A DNA stretch of 64,000 bases, taken from a virus. The position numbers and the translations under genes are program-made. The notes below the pieces were generated by a model. The model ran no database searches, had not been told where the DNA came from, and saw only the letters and a list, made by a program, of their open reading frames with translations. The stretch lies in IMG/VR virus record IMGVR_UViG_3300045988_107309. One strand, written 5' to 3'. Positions 44,411 to 53,847 of the stretch are shown here, in pieces; within the stretch, counting starts at the first letter, position 1, and each line of letters opens with the position of its first letter.

Positions 44411-44465
44411 TAGACTGAATTATGATATAATATGCACAGTGTTTAAAGAAAGTGAGGTGCAAGTA

Positions 44466-44924
44466 GTGATATGTGATATGGACTGTCTTCACTGTAAATT
44501 TAGTGATTGTGTTAATGACAGTGATTTCATAACGGATAGTGAAAGAAGAATTTTAAGAGTGGTTGAAAACTCTATTAAAAGAGAAAGACAGCCACACCCA
44601 GACATGACAAGGTATATTCATAATCGAATTGATAAGGAAGAGTATGAGAAAGCCAGAAATAGAGAATATGAACAGAAGAGGTCATATAAGAACAGTCCTA
44701 AAAGACGGAGACAAAAGAAAGAACAGTATCATAGACATAGAGAGGAGAAATTAGCTTATCAGAAAGGTTACTATGAAAGAAACAGAGAAGAGGTTATTGC
44801 CAGACAGAAAGCCTATTATGAAGCTAACAAAGAAGAGATAAACAGGAAGAGACGAGAAAAGAGAAAGGAGCGTAAGAGAATTGAAAGTTTACAAGTCATG
44901 CAGACAGGTGTTAATGAATCTTAG
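44466..44924 (+). CDS. basic protein with N-terminal Cys cluster and repeated YY-x-x-N-x-EE motifs
   Basis: GTG 44466 lies 6 nt after GTGAGGTG (alternative ATG 44478); CLHCKFSDC; AYQKGYYERNREEV / AYYEANKEEI repeats. Confidence 0.4.
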   Translation: MICDMDCLHCKFSDCVNDSDFITDSERRILRVVENSIKRERQPHPDMTRYIHNRIDKEEYEKARNREYEQKRSYKNSPKRRRQKKEQYHRHREEKLAYQKGYYERNREEVIARQKAYYEANKEEINRKRREKRKERKRIESLQVMQTGVNES

Positions 44925-46437
44925 TGAAGACCAGATAAGGAAATTAAAAGAAGCACTCACTTTTAACAATCCGGCTTATCAGTCTGCTAAAAGATATTCA
45001 AGGAGCAAGTATATTTCTATTCCACCTTATCTTGAGTACTTTAATGAGGGAGTACATAGAGATAGAGAGGGGAAGAAGAGATACCTTTCTGTTCCTGTAG
45101 GAGTCAATTTAGAGAAGTTACTGGGTGTGTCTATAAAAGACATAGCAGATAATAGAGTGGTACAGAATGTGGAGTACCCACCTTTTGTTTTTACACTTAG
45201 GGAAGACCAAGAGAGTGCTAAGTCAGCATATATTGACAGTCAGAAAAAGGAGCAGTTTTCAAAGAGTCTTATTCAGTTACCTACAGGTAAAGGTAAGACT
45301 ATTCTTGCTTTAAATATTGCTTGCACACTTAAACAGAGGACTCTTGTGTTAGTACATAAAGATGACCTTGTTACTGGGTGGCAGAATGATATTGAAGACT
45401 GTTTTGGAGGTAAGTTAGAGCCGGGTCTTATTAAAGCAAAGAAGAGAAACGTGGGTAAGCAGATAACTATTGCTACAGTACAGACATTAAGTAGAATGAG
45501 TGAGGAAGAGTTGAGTTCCTATTTAGATAAGTTTGGCTTAGTCATTCAAGACGAGTGCCACCATGTAGGACTCAACATTTTTAATGTCATAGATAAATTC
45601 CAGAGCAGATATAAATTAGGACTCACTGCTACACCAGTCAGAGGTGATGGTCTTGATTTTGTGTTTGACCTGTTCTTTGGAGGTATTGTGTTTAAGAGTG
45701 AGTACACAGCAGAGGACACAGATATTCTTCCGGTTGAAGTTAAAGTGAAAGAATCAAAGGCAGTGTATGAACCTTTTCTATATGAGAATCAAGTCTTTAA
45801 TAAGAGAGACTTTACTGAGGAAGAGTTGCCGGATAAATTAGTCTTATTGAGAGATTTATCTTATGAGGATAGACCCAGAGTTCCCTTTCTGGTGATTGAT
45901 GATGTTTTAGTGAGCAATAAGAAACACATGATAGGTGTGTGCAAGGATATTATTAGTGAGTATCGAAAAGGTCATAGTTGTATTGCTTTTTTCACCCAGA
46001 AAGAACACATTGTTTCTTATTATAGATATTTGAAACTCTTTGTGCCGGAAGATACTATTCTTCTGTATTATGGTGATAATAAAGAAAAGTCAGATGTTAT
46101 GATAGAGAAAGCGGAGTCAAGAAAGTGTTTAATCACACTTGCTACTTATGCGAAAGCTACAGAAGGTACTAATGTAAAATCGTGGGAGTGTGGTTTTCTT
46201 GTGTCATCAGTAAATAGTGAGAAGAATGTAGAACAGGCAGTAGGTAGAATCAGAAGACGAAAAGAGGGCAAAATAAATCCTGCATTACTGTATGACTATA
46301 GATTTTCAGATAGTTATTCTATATCAGCACATGGAAAGACCAGAGATAAAGTGTATAGAAAGTTGAAATTTAATATCACTGGTAAGAGTAAGTCTAATAA
46401 GAAAAGCGGAGGTCTATTTAGTCGTGGATATAGATAA
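44914..46437 (+). CDS. superfamily 2 DEAD/DEAH-box helicase (ResIII-type)
   Basis: Walker A LPTGKGKT, DEAH box IQDECHHV, motif III TATP, motif VI QAVGRIRR. Confidence 0.75.
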   Translation: MNLSEDQIRKLKEALTFNNPAYQSAKRYSRSKYISIPPYLEYFNEGVHRDREGKKRYLSVPVGVNLEKLLGVSIKDIADNRVVQNVEYPPFVFTLREDQESAKSAYIDSQKKEQFSKSLIQLPTGKGKTILALNIACTLKQRTLVLVHKDDLVTGWQNDIEDCFGGKLEPGLIKAKKRNVGKQITIATVQTLSRMSEEELSSYLDKFGLVIQDECHHVGLNIFNVIDKFQSRYKLGLTATPVRGDGLDFVFDLFFGGIVFKSEYTAEDTDILPVEVKVKESKAVYEPFLYENQVFNKRDFTEEELPDKLVLLRDLSYEDRPRVPFLVIDDVLVSNKKHMIGVCKDIISEYRKGHSCIAFFTQKEHIVSYYRYLKLFVPEDTILLYYGDNKEKSDVMIEKAESRKCLITLATYAKATEGTNVKSWECGFLVSSVNSEKNVEQAVGRIRRRKEGKINPALLYDYRFSDSYSISAHGKTRDKVYRKLKFNITGKSKSNKKSGGLFSRGYR

Positions 46438-46444
46438 GTTTCTG

Positions 46445-46473
46445 TTGACAACTTTCTCATAAAATGATAGACT
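46445..46473 (+). promoter_or_regulatory. possible promoter
   Basis: TTGACA (46445-46450), 17 nt, TAGACT (46468-46473). Confidence 0.4.
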
Positions 46474-46504
46474 TTTACCAAGTAAAACTAAAGGAGGAAT
46501 AATC

Positions 46505-46996
46505 ATGGCACTTAAAGTAGTCAAGGGTAAAAAGCAGAAATATACTGCTAAAGAAGTGGTTCAAATGTCACAAGAGTATTCAGAGGTGTCTTCCCAGATT
46601 AAATTACTGGAAACCACAAAAAAGACACTTGCTGACAGACTGAAAGAAGCGTCTGAACTGATTGGAGTAAAAGACTCTAAGGGAAGTTATTATTATGACG
46701 CAGGAGACTTCATGGTAGGAAAAGTCGCTAAGAAGTCTGTATCTTTAAAGCAGGAGGACACTATTAAACTCTTAAAAGAGAAAGGTCTCTATAAGAAGTG
46801 TGTTGAAGTGCAGAAAGTTGAGGTTATCAATGAGAAAGCACTTGAAGACGCAGTTAAAGACGGAACTATCTCACAGGAAGAGTTTGAGTCTCTTTGTAAT
46901 GTTAAGGTTACTTATTCTGTTTCTGTACAGAAAGTTGAAGAAATGCCGGAGGTTGATACCTCTCATGCTTTAAAAGCGGCTTCAAGAAAGAAGTAG
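46505..46996 (+). CDS. hypothetical protein
   Basis: strong RBS AGGAGGAATAATC. Confidence 0.5.
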   Translation: MALKVVKGKKQKYTAKEVVQMSQEYSEVSSQIKLLETTKKTLADRLKEASELIGVKDSKGSYYYDAGDFMVGKVAKKSVSLKQEDTIKLLKEKGLYKKCVEVQKVEVINEKALEDAVKDGTISQEEFESLCNVKVTYSVSVQKVEEMPEVDTSHALKAASRKK

Positions 46997-47008
46997 GAGG
47001 TAGTCTGA

Positions 47009-47353
47009 ATGAGTTTAGAGTTATCTCCGTGGGATAGAACAGTTCCTTATACAAATAAAAAGACTGGCTATTCTACCACACTGTACAATATCAATGTAGT
47101 TGCTTCTCATTTAGGGAGAACTTCACAGACTGTAAGAAAGTGGGAGATAGCCGGAACAATTCCTAAGACACCTTTTTCTATTCAAGGAAGAAGATTGTAT
47201 TGTACAGAACAGATTGAGATACTTGTGGAGTGTGCTGAGAAAGCTAAAATCTCTACAGGTAAGAAAATCTCTCAAACCAATTTCACACGCAACGTACAGT
47301 TGCGTTGGAATAAACTTTTTACAGAAATATTTGGTAATGAACAGGAGGAATAA
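47009..47353 (+). CDS. MerR/excisionase-type helix-turn-helix DNA-binding protein
   Basis: YNINVVASHLGRTSQTVRKWEIAGTIPK...GRRLYCTEQIEIL. Confidence 0.5.
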   Translation: MSLELSPWDRTVPYTNKKTGYSTTLYNINVVASHLGRTSQTVRKWEIAGTIPKTPFSIQGRRLYCTEQIEILVECAEKAKISTGKKISQTNFTRNVQLRWNKLFTEIFGNEQEE

Positions 47354-47355
47354 TC

Positions 47356-47697
47356 ATGGCACTTAGAAAGAAAGTGAAAGACGAGACGAAGATTGAGCAG
47401 ACAGAACAGGCTGTAGAAGAGACAAAAGCTGTTGCGGAAGAGAAGAACGTGACAAAAGCAGAGAGTGAAGCTATTATTGCACAGCAGGAGAAAGACAAAG
47501 AAGCAGGAGCGTCCACTAAGAAGTTGGAGAAAGTCACAGCACTTGTGTCCGGCAAGTTTAATCTTGATGATAACTATGCAGTGACGAACTTTAAAGATGG
47601 AGGAAAGACCATTGACCTCACTTTAGAGAATAAGGACTTTGTTTTGTCTGTTAAAGTGAAAGATTCTGCCAGACACGGTTTAGTGTTTGAAGAGTAG
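47356..47697 (+). CDS. hypothetical protein
   Basis: RBS AGGAGGAATAATC identical to that of 46505. Confidence 0.5.
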   Translation: MALRKKVKDETKIEQTEQAVEETKAVAEEKNVTKAESEAIIAQQEKDKEAGASTKKLEKVTALVSGKFNLDDNYAVTNFKDGGKTIDLTLENKDFVLSVKVKDSARHGLVFEE

Positions 47698-47719
47698 TCT
47701 GTAGAAAGGAGCATTTATT

Positions 47720-48034
47720 ATGGCATTAAAGAAGAAATCATTGAAACAGCAGGTGGAAGAGAACACTACAGTAACAAAGGGAACAAAGAGTAATCAGCAG
47801 ACACTTAAACAGGGTACGCCAAACGACCATCATAGAAAGCAGGAGTCACCTGCTCAGACTGTGGGAGTCAATCTGGGTATCACTAAGAACATGGATAACT
47901 ATGAGTCTTTAAGAGTTGACTGTTGGGGAACAGATACAGTACAGCCGGGAGAAACAATGGAACAGGCTTATGAGCGTCTTATTGGAGTCGTTGACAGTGT
48001 ACTTCAAGATACTGTACAATCTTATATAGAGTAA
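47720..48034 (+). CDS. hypothetical protein
   Basis: RBS AAAGGAGC; followed by a terminator. Confidence 0.5.
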   Translation: MALKKKSLKQQVEENTTVTKGTKSNQQTLKQGTPNDHHRKQESPAQTVGVNLGITKNMDNYESLRVDCWGTDTVQPGETMEQAYERLIGVVDSVLQDTVQSYIE

Positions 48035-48039
48035 CAACT

Positions 48040-48070
48040 AAGAAGACCTTGAAACACAGGTCTTCTTTTA
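48040..48070 (+). terminator. rho-independent terminator
   Basis: AAGAAGACCT(48040-48049)/AGGTCTTCTT(48058-48067), then TTAAAT. Confidence 0.7.
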
Positions 48071-48089
48071 AATAGGAGGTTTATCACAC

Positions 48090-48632
48090 ATGAAACGTAT
48101 TACAACTAAAGTAGGAGACAATGACCTTGTTTCAATTATGAGACAGAGAAGAGGTCAGTCCACAGTCAGAACAAAGAGGGAGTCTGAGACACCTCCAAAA
48201 AAAAAGAGCCAGAATAGAGGTGGAATGTATGAACAGTTTCTTGAGAAATACGCAAATCTGGATAAATACATTGACACCTTTAAGACAAGAGATTTAGTGT
48301 ACTATTTTAGAAAGGTAGCAGAAGACGCAGGATATAAGTATGTCATTAGTAACATTCAGAAAGATATGCACATTTTTAAGGTTCTCTTACAGAGTTATGA
48401 TGTAAGGGAAATTTGTGGCATGATTGAATTTCTGTATAACAGTGAACAGGACTATCTTGAGAAAGAGAGAATCAGCCCGAATATTTTAGCAAGCAGATGG
48501 GTGAATACTGTGTATGCAGATTTTAAGCTGTGGGTTGATGATGAATATGTTCCTAAGTCTAAAAGAAAATACCAGAAGAAAGAGTGGACTGGTTCTGTTG
48601 AAGAGAGCAGTACAAAGATTGGAGAGTGGTAA
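48090..48632 (+). CDS. hypothetical protein (possible replication initiation/organiser, by position only)
   Basis: precedes the DnaC-like loader; basic N-terminus. Confidence 0.4.
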   Translation: MKRITTKVGDNDLVSIMRQRRGQSTVRTKRESETPPKKKSQNRGGMYEQFLEKYANLDKYIDTFKTRDLVYYFRKVAEDAGYKYVISNIQKDMHIFKVLLQSYDVREICGMIEFLYNSEQDYLEKERISPNILASRWVNTVYADFKLWVDDEYVPKSKRKYQKKEWTGSVEESSTKIGEW

Positions 48633-48634
48633 GT

Positions 48635-49246
48635 ATGAGAAGACCTATCAGACCTGTAGTTTCAGAGTCAAGCCTTATCCTTATGGGAGTGCCAAAGCAC
48701 TTCTGTAAGGTTACACTTGATGATTTTAAAGTGTATGAGGGTGTAAGAGAAGTGAAAGTGTTTGTGCAGGACTACATAAATAGACTGTATGAGAATATTG
48801 AAGAGAATAGAGGTATTTTCTTTTGTGGTTCTAATGGTGTGGGTAAGAGTATGTTGTCCTGTATCATTCTGAAAGAAGCCTATAGGAGAAGATATTCCTG
48901 CCGGAGAGTAACTTTTAGTCAGTATATCAATTACTACACAGAAGCGTGGAATGTAAGAGATAAGAATGAAAAGGACGCTTTAGAGACTGACTTCTATGAA
49001 CAGTACAAAGGTGTTGAGTTTCTTGTACTTGAAGAGATTGGAAAAGAGATTGACAGTAAGATTGCAAAGCCTATACTGGAAGACCTCTTGAGATATAGAG
49101 AAGAACATGGTCTTGTCACTATTATTTGTAGTAACATACCTATGAAGGTGGTTGAAGAGACTTACGGACCATCTGTAGCCAGTCTTTGTAAAGGACACAT
49201 GACACCTGTAACGATTGTGGGGAAAGATATGAGGTATTCCAAATGA
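48635..49246 (+). CDS. DnaC/IstB-like AAA+ helicase loader
   Basis: Walker A FCGSNGVGKSML, Walker B FLVLEEIG; ATG 48635. Confidence 0.7.
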   Translation: MRRPIRPVVSESSLILMGVPKHFCKVTLDDFKVYEGVREVKVFVQDYINRLYENIEENRGIFFCGSNGVGKSMLSCIILKEAYRRRYSCRRVTFSQYINYYTEAWNVRDKNEKDALETDFYEQYKGVEFLVLEEIGKEIDSKIAKPILEDLLRYREEHGLVTIICSNIPMKVVEETYGPSVASLCKGHMTPVTIVGKDMRYSK

Positions 49247-49497
49247 TGAATGAGTTTCAGAATGATACAGTTATAAAAGTGAGTAAAGCAACTGCCCGGA
49301 AGTTATTTAGAGAGGGTAAGAAAGTGTATGTGTTGCCTTGCAAAGTTCGGTATGATAATCAGTGGATAAAGCCTTTCTTGTTGCAGAAAACAAATACTTT
49401 TGATAGAATTGTTTCAGAATATGAATACCATAATTGCAACGCAGAGTTAGGTTATTACTGTTCTTATTATGTAGAAAAGATGGAGGTAGAAAAATGA
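49243..49497 (+). CDS. hypothetical protein
   Basis: overlapping start/stop coupling (ATGA). Confidence 0.45.
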   Translation: MMNEFQNDTVIKVSKATARKLFREGKKVYVLPCKVRYDNQWIKPFLLQKTNTFDRIVSEYEYHNCNAELGYYCSYYVEKMEVEK

Positions 49498-49877
49498 AAA
49501 ATGTAACAATCAATGGAAAGAAGTATGAAAGAGACGGTGAGACTCCTGTTAAGTTGAACAATGGTTCATTAGTAGTTCACTATAACAAAATGGGTGATGT
49601 GTTAGGAGCATATATTGTCACCTCTTTCAGAGATTCAAAGGGCAATTACAGTGGACAGCAGACAACCACTTACTGTTCTTTAATCAATCTTGATAATGGT
49701 TATATTGCTTTTGAAGAGAGGGCAAGTAGAAGTACCACAGTCAAGAGAGTTCTTAGTCATTTGAATAAGGGTGATTACTATGGACAGCAATCAGTAAAAG
49801 AAGGTCAGTACATTGAAGTGTATGCTCCGGGTGATTTTAAGATTGACCTGTCTTTTGACAGAAAGGTGGGTAACTAA
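49494..49877 (+). CDS. hypothetical protein
   Basis: ATG 49494 after GGAGGTAGAAAA. Confidence 0.5.
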   Translation: MKNVTINGKKYERDGETPVKLNNGSLVVHYNKMGDVLGAYIVTSFRDSKGNYSGQQTTTYCSLINLDNGYIAFEERASRSTTVKRVLSHLNKGDYYGQQSVKEGQYIEVYAPGDFKIDLSFDRKVGN

Positions 49878-49878
49878 T

Positions 49879-50241
49879 ATGGCATTAAAGAGAACTGTAA
49901 CAAAAAGACCACCTGTTGAGAAAACAGGCAGAATTGAGGAGATTAAAAATCTTATCTCTTCCATTGACAAGCAGGTTACAAGTCTGTTAGTAGAAAAGGA
50001 AGAGTTGCAGAAAGAACTTCTTGAGATTAGCATTAAGCCTTTTAAAATTGGTGATTATTGCATGGCAGAGGTTAATGCCGGAAAGACTAAGAAAGTACAG
50101 AAGTGCTTGCTTGAGAATGAGGGAGGTACTCTTTATCTTAGACCTGTTAAGAATGACGGAGAGTTATCTGGAAGACATTTCAGTTTAGTTCTTGTCAGTG
50201 GAAAAACATATAGTGATTATCTTAAACCTGTGGAGGAGTAG
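49879..50241 (+). CDS. hypothetical protein
   Basis: ATG 49879 (MALKRTV...) after AAGGTGGG. Confidence 0.5.
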   Translation: MALKRTVTKRPPVEKTGRIEEIKNLISSIDKQVTSLLVEKEELQKELLEISIKPFKIGDYCMAEVNAGKTKKVQKCLLENEGGTLYLRPVKNDGELSGRHFSLVLVSGKTYSDYLKPVEE

Positions 50242-50244
50242 AAA

Positions 50245-50703
50245 ATGTTACACGGTGATATATCCAATAAAAGAAGTTTTATAATTGGTGTTCGCTGTGA
50301 AGACTGTCTCCTCAAGTTTAAGAATAAAGGTGTGAAAGACAAGTTCCTAAACTTATGGAAAGGCAAATCCCACAATGCCGAAGTAGATAAGCAGGTCTTG
50401 TCTCTCATTCGTTATATCTATGAGAACACAGATTACACAGTGAGCCTTATTGTGGACAAAGAGAATTACACGGAGGAAATGAAAGACGCTTTAGAGTCTA
50501 TGCAAGTTCCTTTTAACCAAGTAGGTCTTGTACTCACTAATATCTCAGAGGTAACTATGATGTTAAATACAGGAGAGTTGTCTTTGTATGTTGACTCATG
50601 CTATAATAGACGAGCATTAGTAAACAGTCAGTATGCGGTAGATGTGGACACCTTCAATACCATGCTGAGAAGAAAGGTGAGACATTATGAAGTTAAAAAA
50701 TAG
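50245..50703 (+). CDS. hypothetical protein
   Basis: RBS GGAGGAGTAG. Confidence 0.5.
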   Translation: MLHGDISNKRSFIIGVRCEDCLLKFKNKGVKDKFLNLWKGKSHNAEVDKQVLSLIRYIYENTDYTVSLIVDKENYTEEMKDALESMQVPFNQVGLVLTNISEVTMMLNTGELSLYVDSCYNRRALVNSQYAVDVDTFNTMLRRKVRHYEVKK

Positions 50704-52036
50704 CAAGAAGAATAAGAATTACAATGTAGAGAGAGGGTTCATGTCTAAGTTGGTTGAAGACAAGGATATGAAATTACTGAAAGACCAACAGATAAGACCT
50801 TCTTTCTTGACTGGTGAAAATAGGAGAGTGTTTTCTTTTATTCAGTCACAGTTTAAAGACACTGGTGAGATTCCTACACCAAGAGTGTTGGCTCAAAAAT
50901 TTCCTAACTATGAGTTAGAAACACATATTGTTGAAGGTATCGAAGTAGTTGGTACTGACGAAACTCTTCTGTACTGGTGTAACCAGTTACATATTAAGTC
51001 AATGCACAATAGAACTGCTGATGTGGTGGAAGAAGTTGCAGAGAAACTTGAAGAGGGTGAGTCAGAAGAAGCCTTTGCCTTATTAAAACAAGGTGTGTGG
51101 AAGATTGAAGATGAAGTAGTTATTTCTTCATCAGTGGATATTACAAAAGATACAGAGTCCAGAAAGCAAGCCTATTTAGAGAGAAAAGAGAAGAAAGGTA
51201 TGGTGGGTATTCCTATGGGTATTCCACACCTTGATTACATTCTGAAAGGTTTGATTAAAGAGACACTTACTACACTGATTGCAACATCTGGTGTAGGTAA
51301 AACTTGGTTTCTTGTTTTAGTAGGTGCTTATGCACAGCTTAACAATTATAAGGTGTGTATCTTCATTACAGAAATGAGTACAGACCTTATGCGTGACCGT
51401 TTTGAAGCTATGCTTTTCGGTATGATGTATGGAGACTTTGACTACAACAACTTTAAGTCTGGTACACTCTCACTCGATACAGAACAACAGTATTTTGAAT
51501 TTTTGGAAGAGGATTTACCAAAACTTGAGCCTTTAGTGATTGAGACAGCTACAGGTGTTTCAAGTGTTGTTTCTGTAGTAGAAAGAGAGAAGCCGGACTT
51601 AGTTCTCATTGATGGTGTTTATCTTATGGAAGATGAACAGGGAGCGAAAGATGACTGGTTAAGAGTAACACATATCACCAGAGATTTAAAGAAAGTTGCA
51701 AAGAACTGGCATATCCCTATTATGGTAAACACACAAGCAGATAAGAATACCAGTAAGAAGACCGGACCAGAGTTGGGAAGTATTATGTACTCTCAAGCTG
51801 TAGGTCAAGATAGTGACAATGTTTTAGCTTTATTTCGTGATGAAGTTATGATAAATGACAAAGAAATGGGAGTTAAAGTATTGAAACAGCGTGAAGGTGT
51901 TCTTGGTAAAGTACTCATTCAGTGGGATTTCCATAGAATGAACTTTAACAGTATTTACAGTGAAAATTCTGGTGATGTTGGAACAGAAGGTTATACTGAT
52001 GAAGAATACGAAGAAAATATTATGAATGTGGATTGA
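50687..52036 (+). CDS. DnaB-like replicative DNA helicase
   Basis: Walker A IATSGVGKTWF, Walker B DLVLIDGVYLM, RecA-fold C-terminal domain; alternative start ATG 50741. Confidence 0.8.
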   Translation: MKLKNSKKNKNYNVERGFMSKLVEDKDMKLLKDQQIRPSFLTGENRRVFSFIQSQFKDTGEIPTPRVLAQKFPNYELETHIVEGIEVVGTDETLLYWCNQLHIKSMHNRTADVVEEVAEKLEEGESEEAFALLKQGVWKIEDEVVISSSVDITKDTESRKQAYLERKEKKGMVGIPMGIPHLDYILKGLIKETLTTLIATSGVGKTWFLVLVGAYAQLNNYKVCIFITEMSTDLMRDRFEAMLFGMMYGDFDYNNFKSGTLSLDTEQQYFEFLEEDLPKLEPLVIETATGVSSVVSVVEREKPDLVLIDGVYLMEDEQGAKDDWLRVTHITRDLKKVAKNWHIPIMVNTQADKNTSKKTGPELGSIMYSQAVGQDSDNVLALFRDEVMINDKEMGVKVLKQREGVLGKVLIQWDFHRMNFNSIYSENSGDVGTEGYTDEEYEENIMNVD

Positions 52037-52047
52037 GGTGAGTGATT

Positions 52048-52527
52048 TTGTCTAAATTAAAAAGACTTACAGAGGAAGACCATTTTAGAAAATTCCATGA
52101 TGACCCATATCATTGTTGTAGATGGTGTCATTGGTCCAAAGTAGAAGACCCTTTTGAAGGTAGAAAGTGTTTTTATCATCACAATCCTACTGTAGAAGCG
52201 GAGGGTAATATTCAAGACGTTTATAAAGTCGCAGAAGATGGTTTACTTTCACAGGCTTTGGAGGAAGTGTTGAATGAAGAGCCTTTAGTGAATAAACTCA
52301 TGTTGAGGGTAGAACATATTCTTGATAAGTGGAACATATCCCAGAAGAGAAAACAGGAGTTTGAGAAGCACTTTAGAGAAGTGTGGGGAGAATTTGCTGA
52401 TAATGATTTAAAGGAAAAACTTGATGACAAAGTAAGTGTTCTGTATCAGACAAAAGTTGAAGAGTTTGGTAATGAGTCAGAGGGTATTTCTGTTAGTGAT
52501 GATTTCTGCTGTAAGTATTTTGAATGA
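52048..52527 (+). CDS. hypothetical Cys/His-rich protein
   Basis: TTG 52048 or GTG 52042 after GAGGTGAG; HCCRWCHW motif. Confidence 0.45.
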   Translation: MSKLKRLTEEDHFRKFHDDPYHCCRWCHWSKVEDPFEGRKCFYHHNPTVEAEGNIQDVYKVAEDGLLSQALEEVLNEEPLVNKLMLRVEHILDKWNISQKRKQEFEKHFREVWGEFADNDLKEKLDDKVSVLYQTKVEEFGNESEGISVSDDFCCKYFE

Positions 52528-52538
52528 GGTGACTGTTT

Positions 52539-53567
52539 ATGGGAATGTCACTATCTAAAGAACAAATAGAAGACCTTGTACAATACTGTGGTTCTAAACC
52601 TACACAGTGGAGAGACGAAGATATGTTAATCTGTTGTCCTGTACATGGTGAATCAAACCCCTCATGTGGTGTATCTGCTGAGAAGCAGATATTTCATTGT
52701 TTTGCGTGTGGTGCAAGTGGTAACTTTGCAAAGTTTTTGTACTTGTCATTACCAGATGAATTTGGTTATGACCCCAGTACAGATGACACTATAAAAAAGA
52801 CTTGGTTTAAAGCTGACCGAAAAGCAAGACAGTTTTTAAAAGACAGATATGAACTTGAGTACAGAGAACTCGGTAAAAGAGTTAGGTCTGTAAAGAGATT
52901 TGAGGACTTGAGAAAAAATGTCATTGAATTAGAAGAGTCTGAAAAGACTATTCCTATCTGGAAGATTGCACCTTACCAGTCTGGCAAGAGTACTTATAGG
53001 TATTTCTTTGACCGTGGATTTGATAAGTCTGATATGAAGAAGTTTATGATTGGGTATGATGATGTTAATAAGACAATCACTATCCCAGTTTTTAATCAAG
53101 AGAATAAACTTGTCGGAGTAATCGGCAGGTATATTAGTAAGAATAGAAAGAAGAATCAGAGGTATAAGATTTACGACCACTTTAATAGGAGTAATTTCTT
53201 ATATCCATTACCTCATTTTAAGGTTAAAGATGACACTATCATCTTAGTGGAAGGTCAGTTTGACTCTATATGGTGTCATAAAAATGCCCTTGAAAATACT
53301 TTATCCATTATGACTGACTTACTTAGTGAGGAACAGGCAGATTTTATTGAGAGTCATTGTTCCAGAGTTATCTATATTGGAGACAATGACGATAGAGGAC
53401 TTGAAGCCAGAGATAAGAACAGAGAGATTTTAAAGGGCAGAGTAGAGTTCTTTGTTGTAGACTATCCTAATCATGGTAAAGACCCTTGCGATTGGTCTTA
53501 TGATGAATTACACACTATGATTGATAATGCACACAGCATTGTTAATAGAAAATTAAGGAGGATTTGA
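52539..53567 (+). CDS. DNA primase (DnaG-type zinc finger plus TOPRIM)
   Basis: CHC2 zinc finger CCPVHGESNPSC...FHCFACGASG; TOPRIM ILVEGQFD ... YIGDNDDRG. Confidence 0.8.
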   Translation: MGMSLSKEQIEDLVQYCGSKPTQWRDEDMLICCPVHGESNPSCGVSAEKQIFHCFACGASGNFAKFLYLSLPDEFGYDPSTDDTIKKTWFKADRKARQFLKDRYELEYRELGKRVRSVKRFEDLRKNVIELEESEKTIPIWKIAPYQSGKSTYRYFFDRGFDKSDMKKFMIGYDDVNKTITIPVFNQENKLVGVIGRYISKNRKKNQRYKIYDHFNRSNFLYPLPHFKVKDDTIILVEGQFDSIWCHKNALENTLSIMTDLLSEEQADFIESHCSRVIYIGDNDDRGLEARDKNREILKGRVEFFVVDYPNHGKDPCDWSYDELHTMIDNAHSIVNRKLRRI

Positions 53568-53569
53568 GT

Positions 53570-53782
53570 ATGAAGTCTAAAGAGGTAGCAAAGCAGTTAT
53601 TTATCAATCTGGCTCAGTGTGAGCCTTGTGTTCAAAGTGATGTTATCCGAAGAGTGACAGACTGGCTTGAAAGCGGAGGTGAATTGAATGACCCTTATGT
53701 TGAAGGTCAGTTAAGATACACTCAGAGACATTTGGACTTGTTGACAGCCCAGAAGAAGTTTGACAACAAGCATGGTGTGTGA
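53570..53782 (+). CDS. hypothetical protein
   Basis: ATG 53570 lies 7 nt after AAGGAGGA (track start TTG 53564). Confidence 0.45.
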   Translation: MKSKEVAKQLFINLAQCEPCVQSDVIRRVTDWLESGGELNDPYVEGQLRYTQRHLDLLTAQKKFDNKHGV

Positions 53783-53847
53783 TACACTGTTACTGCCATA
53801 ATTTAGATAGAATTTATGAATTTATGTATGAAAGGAGACAGAGAATT

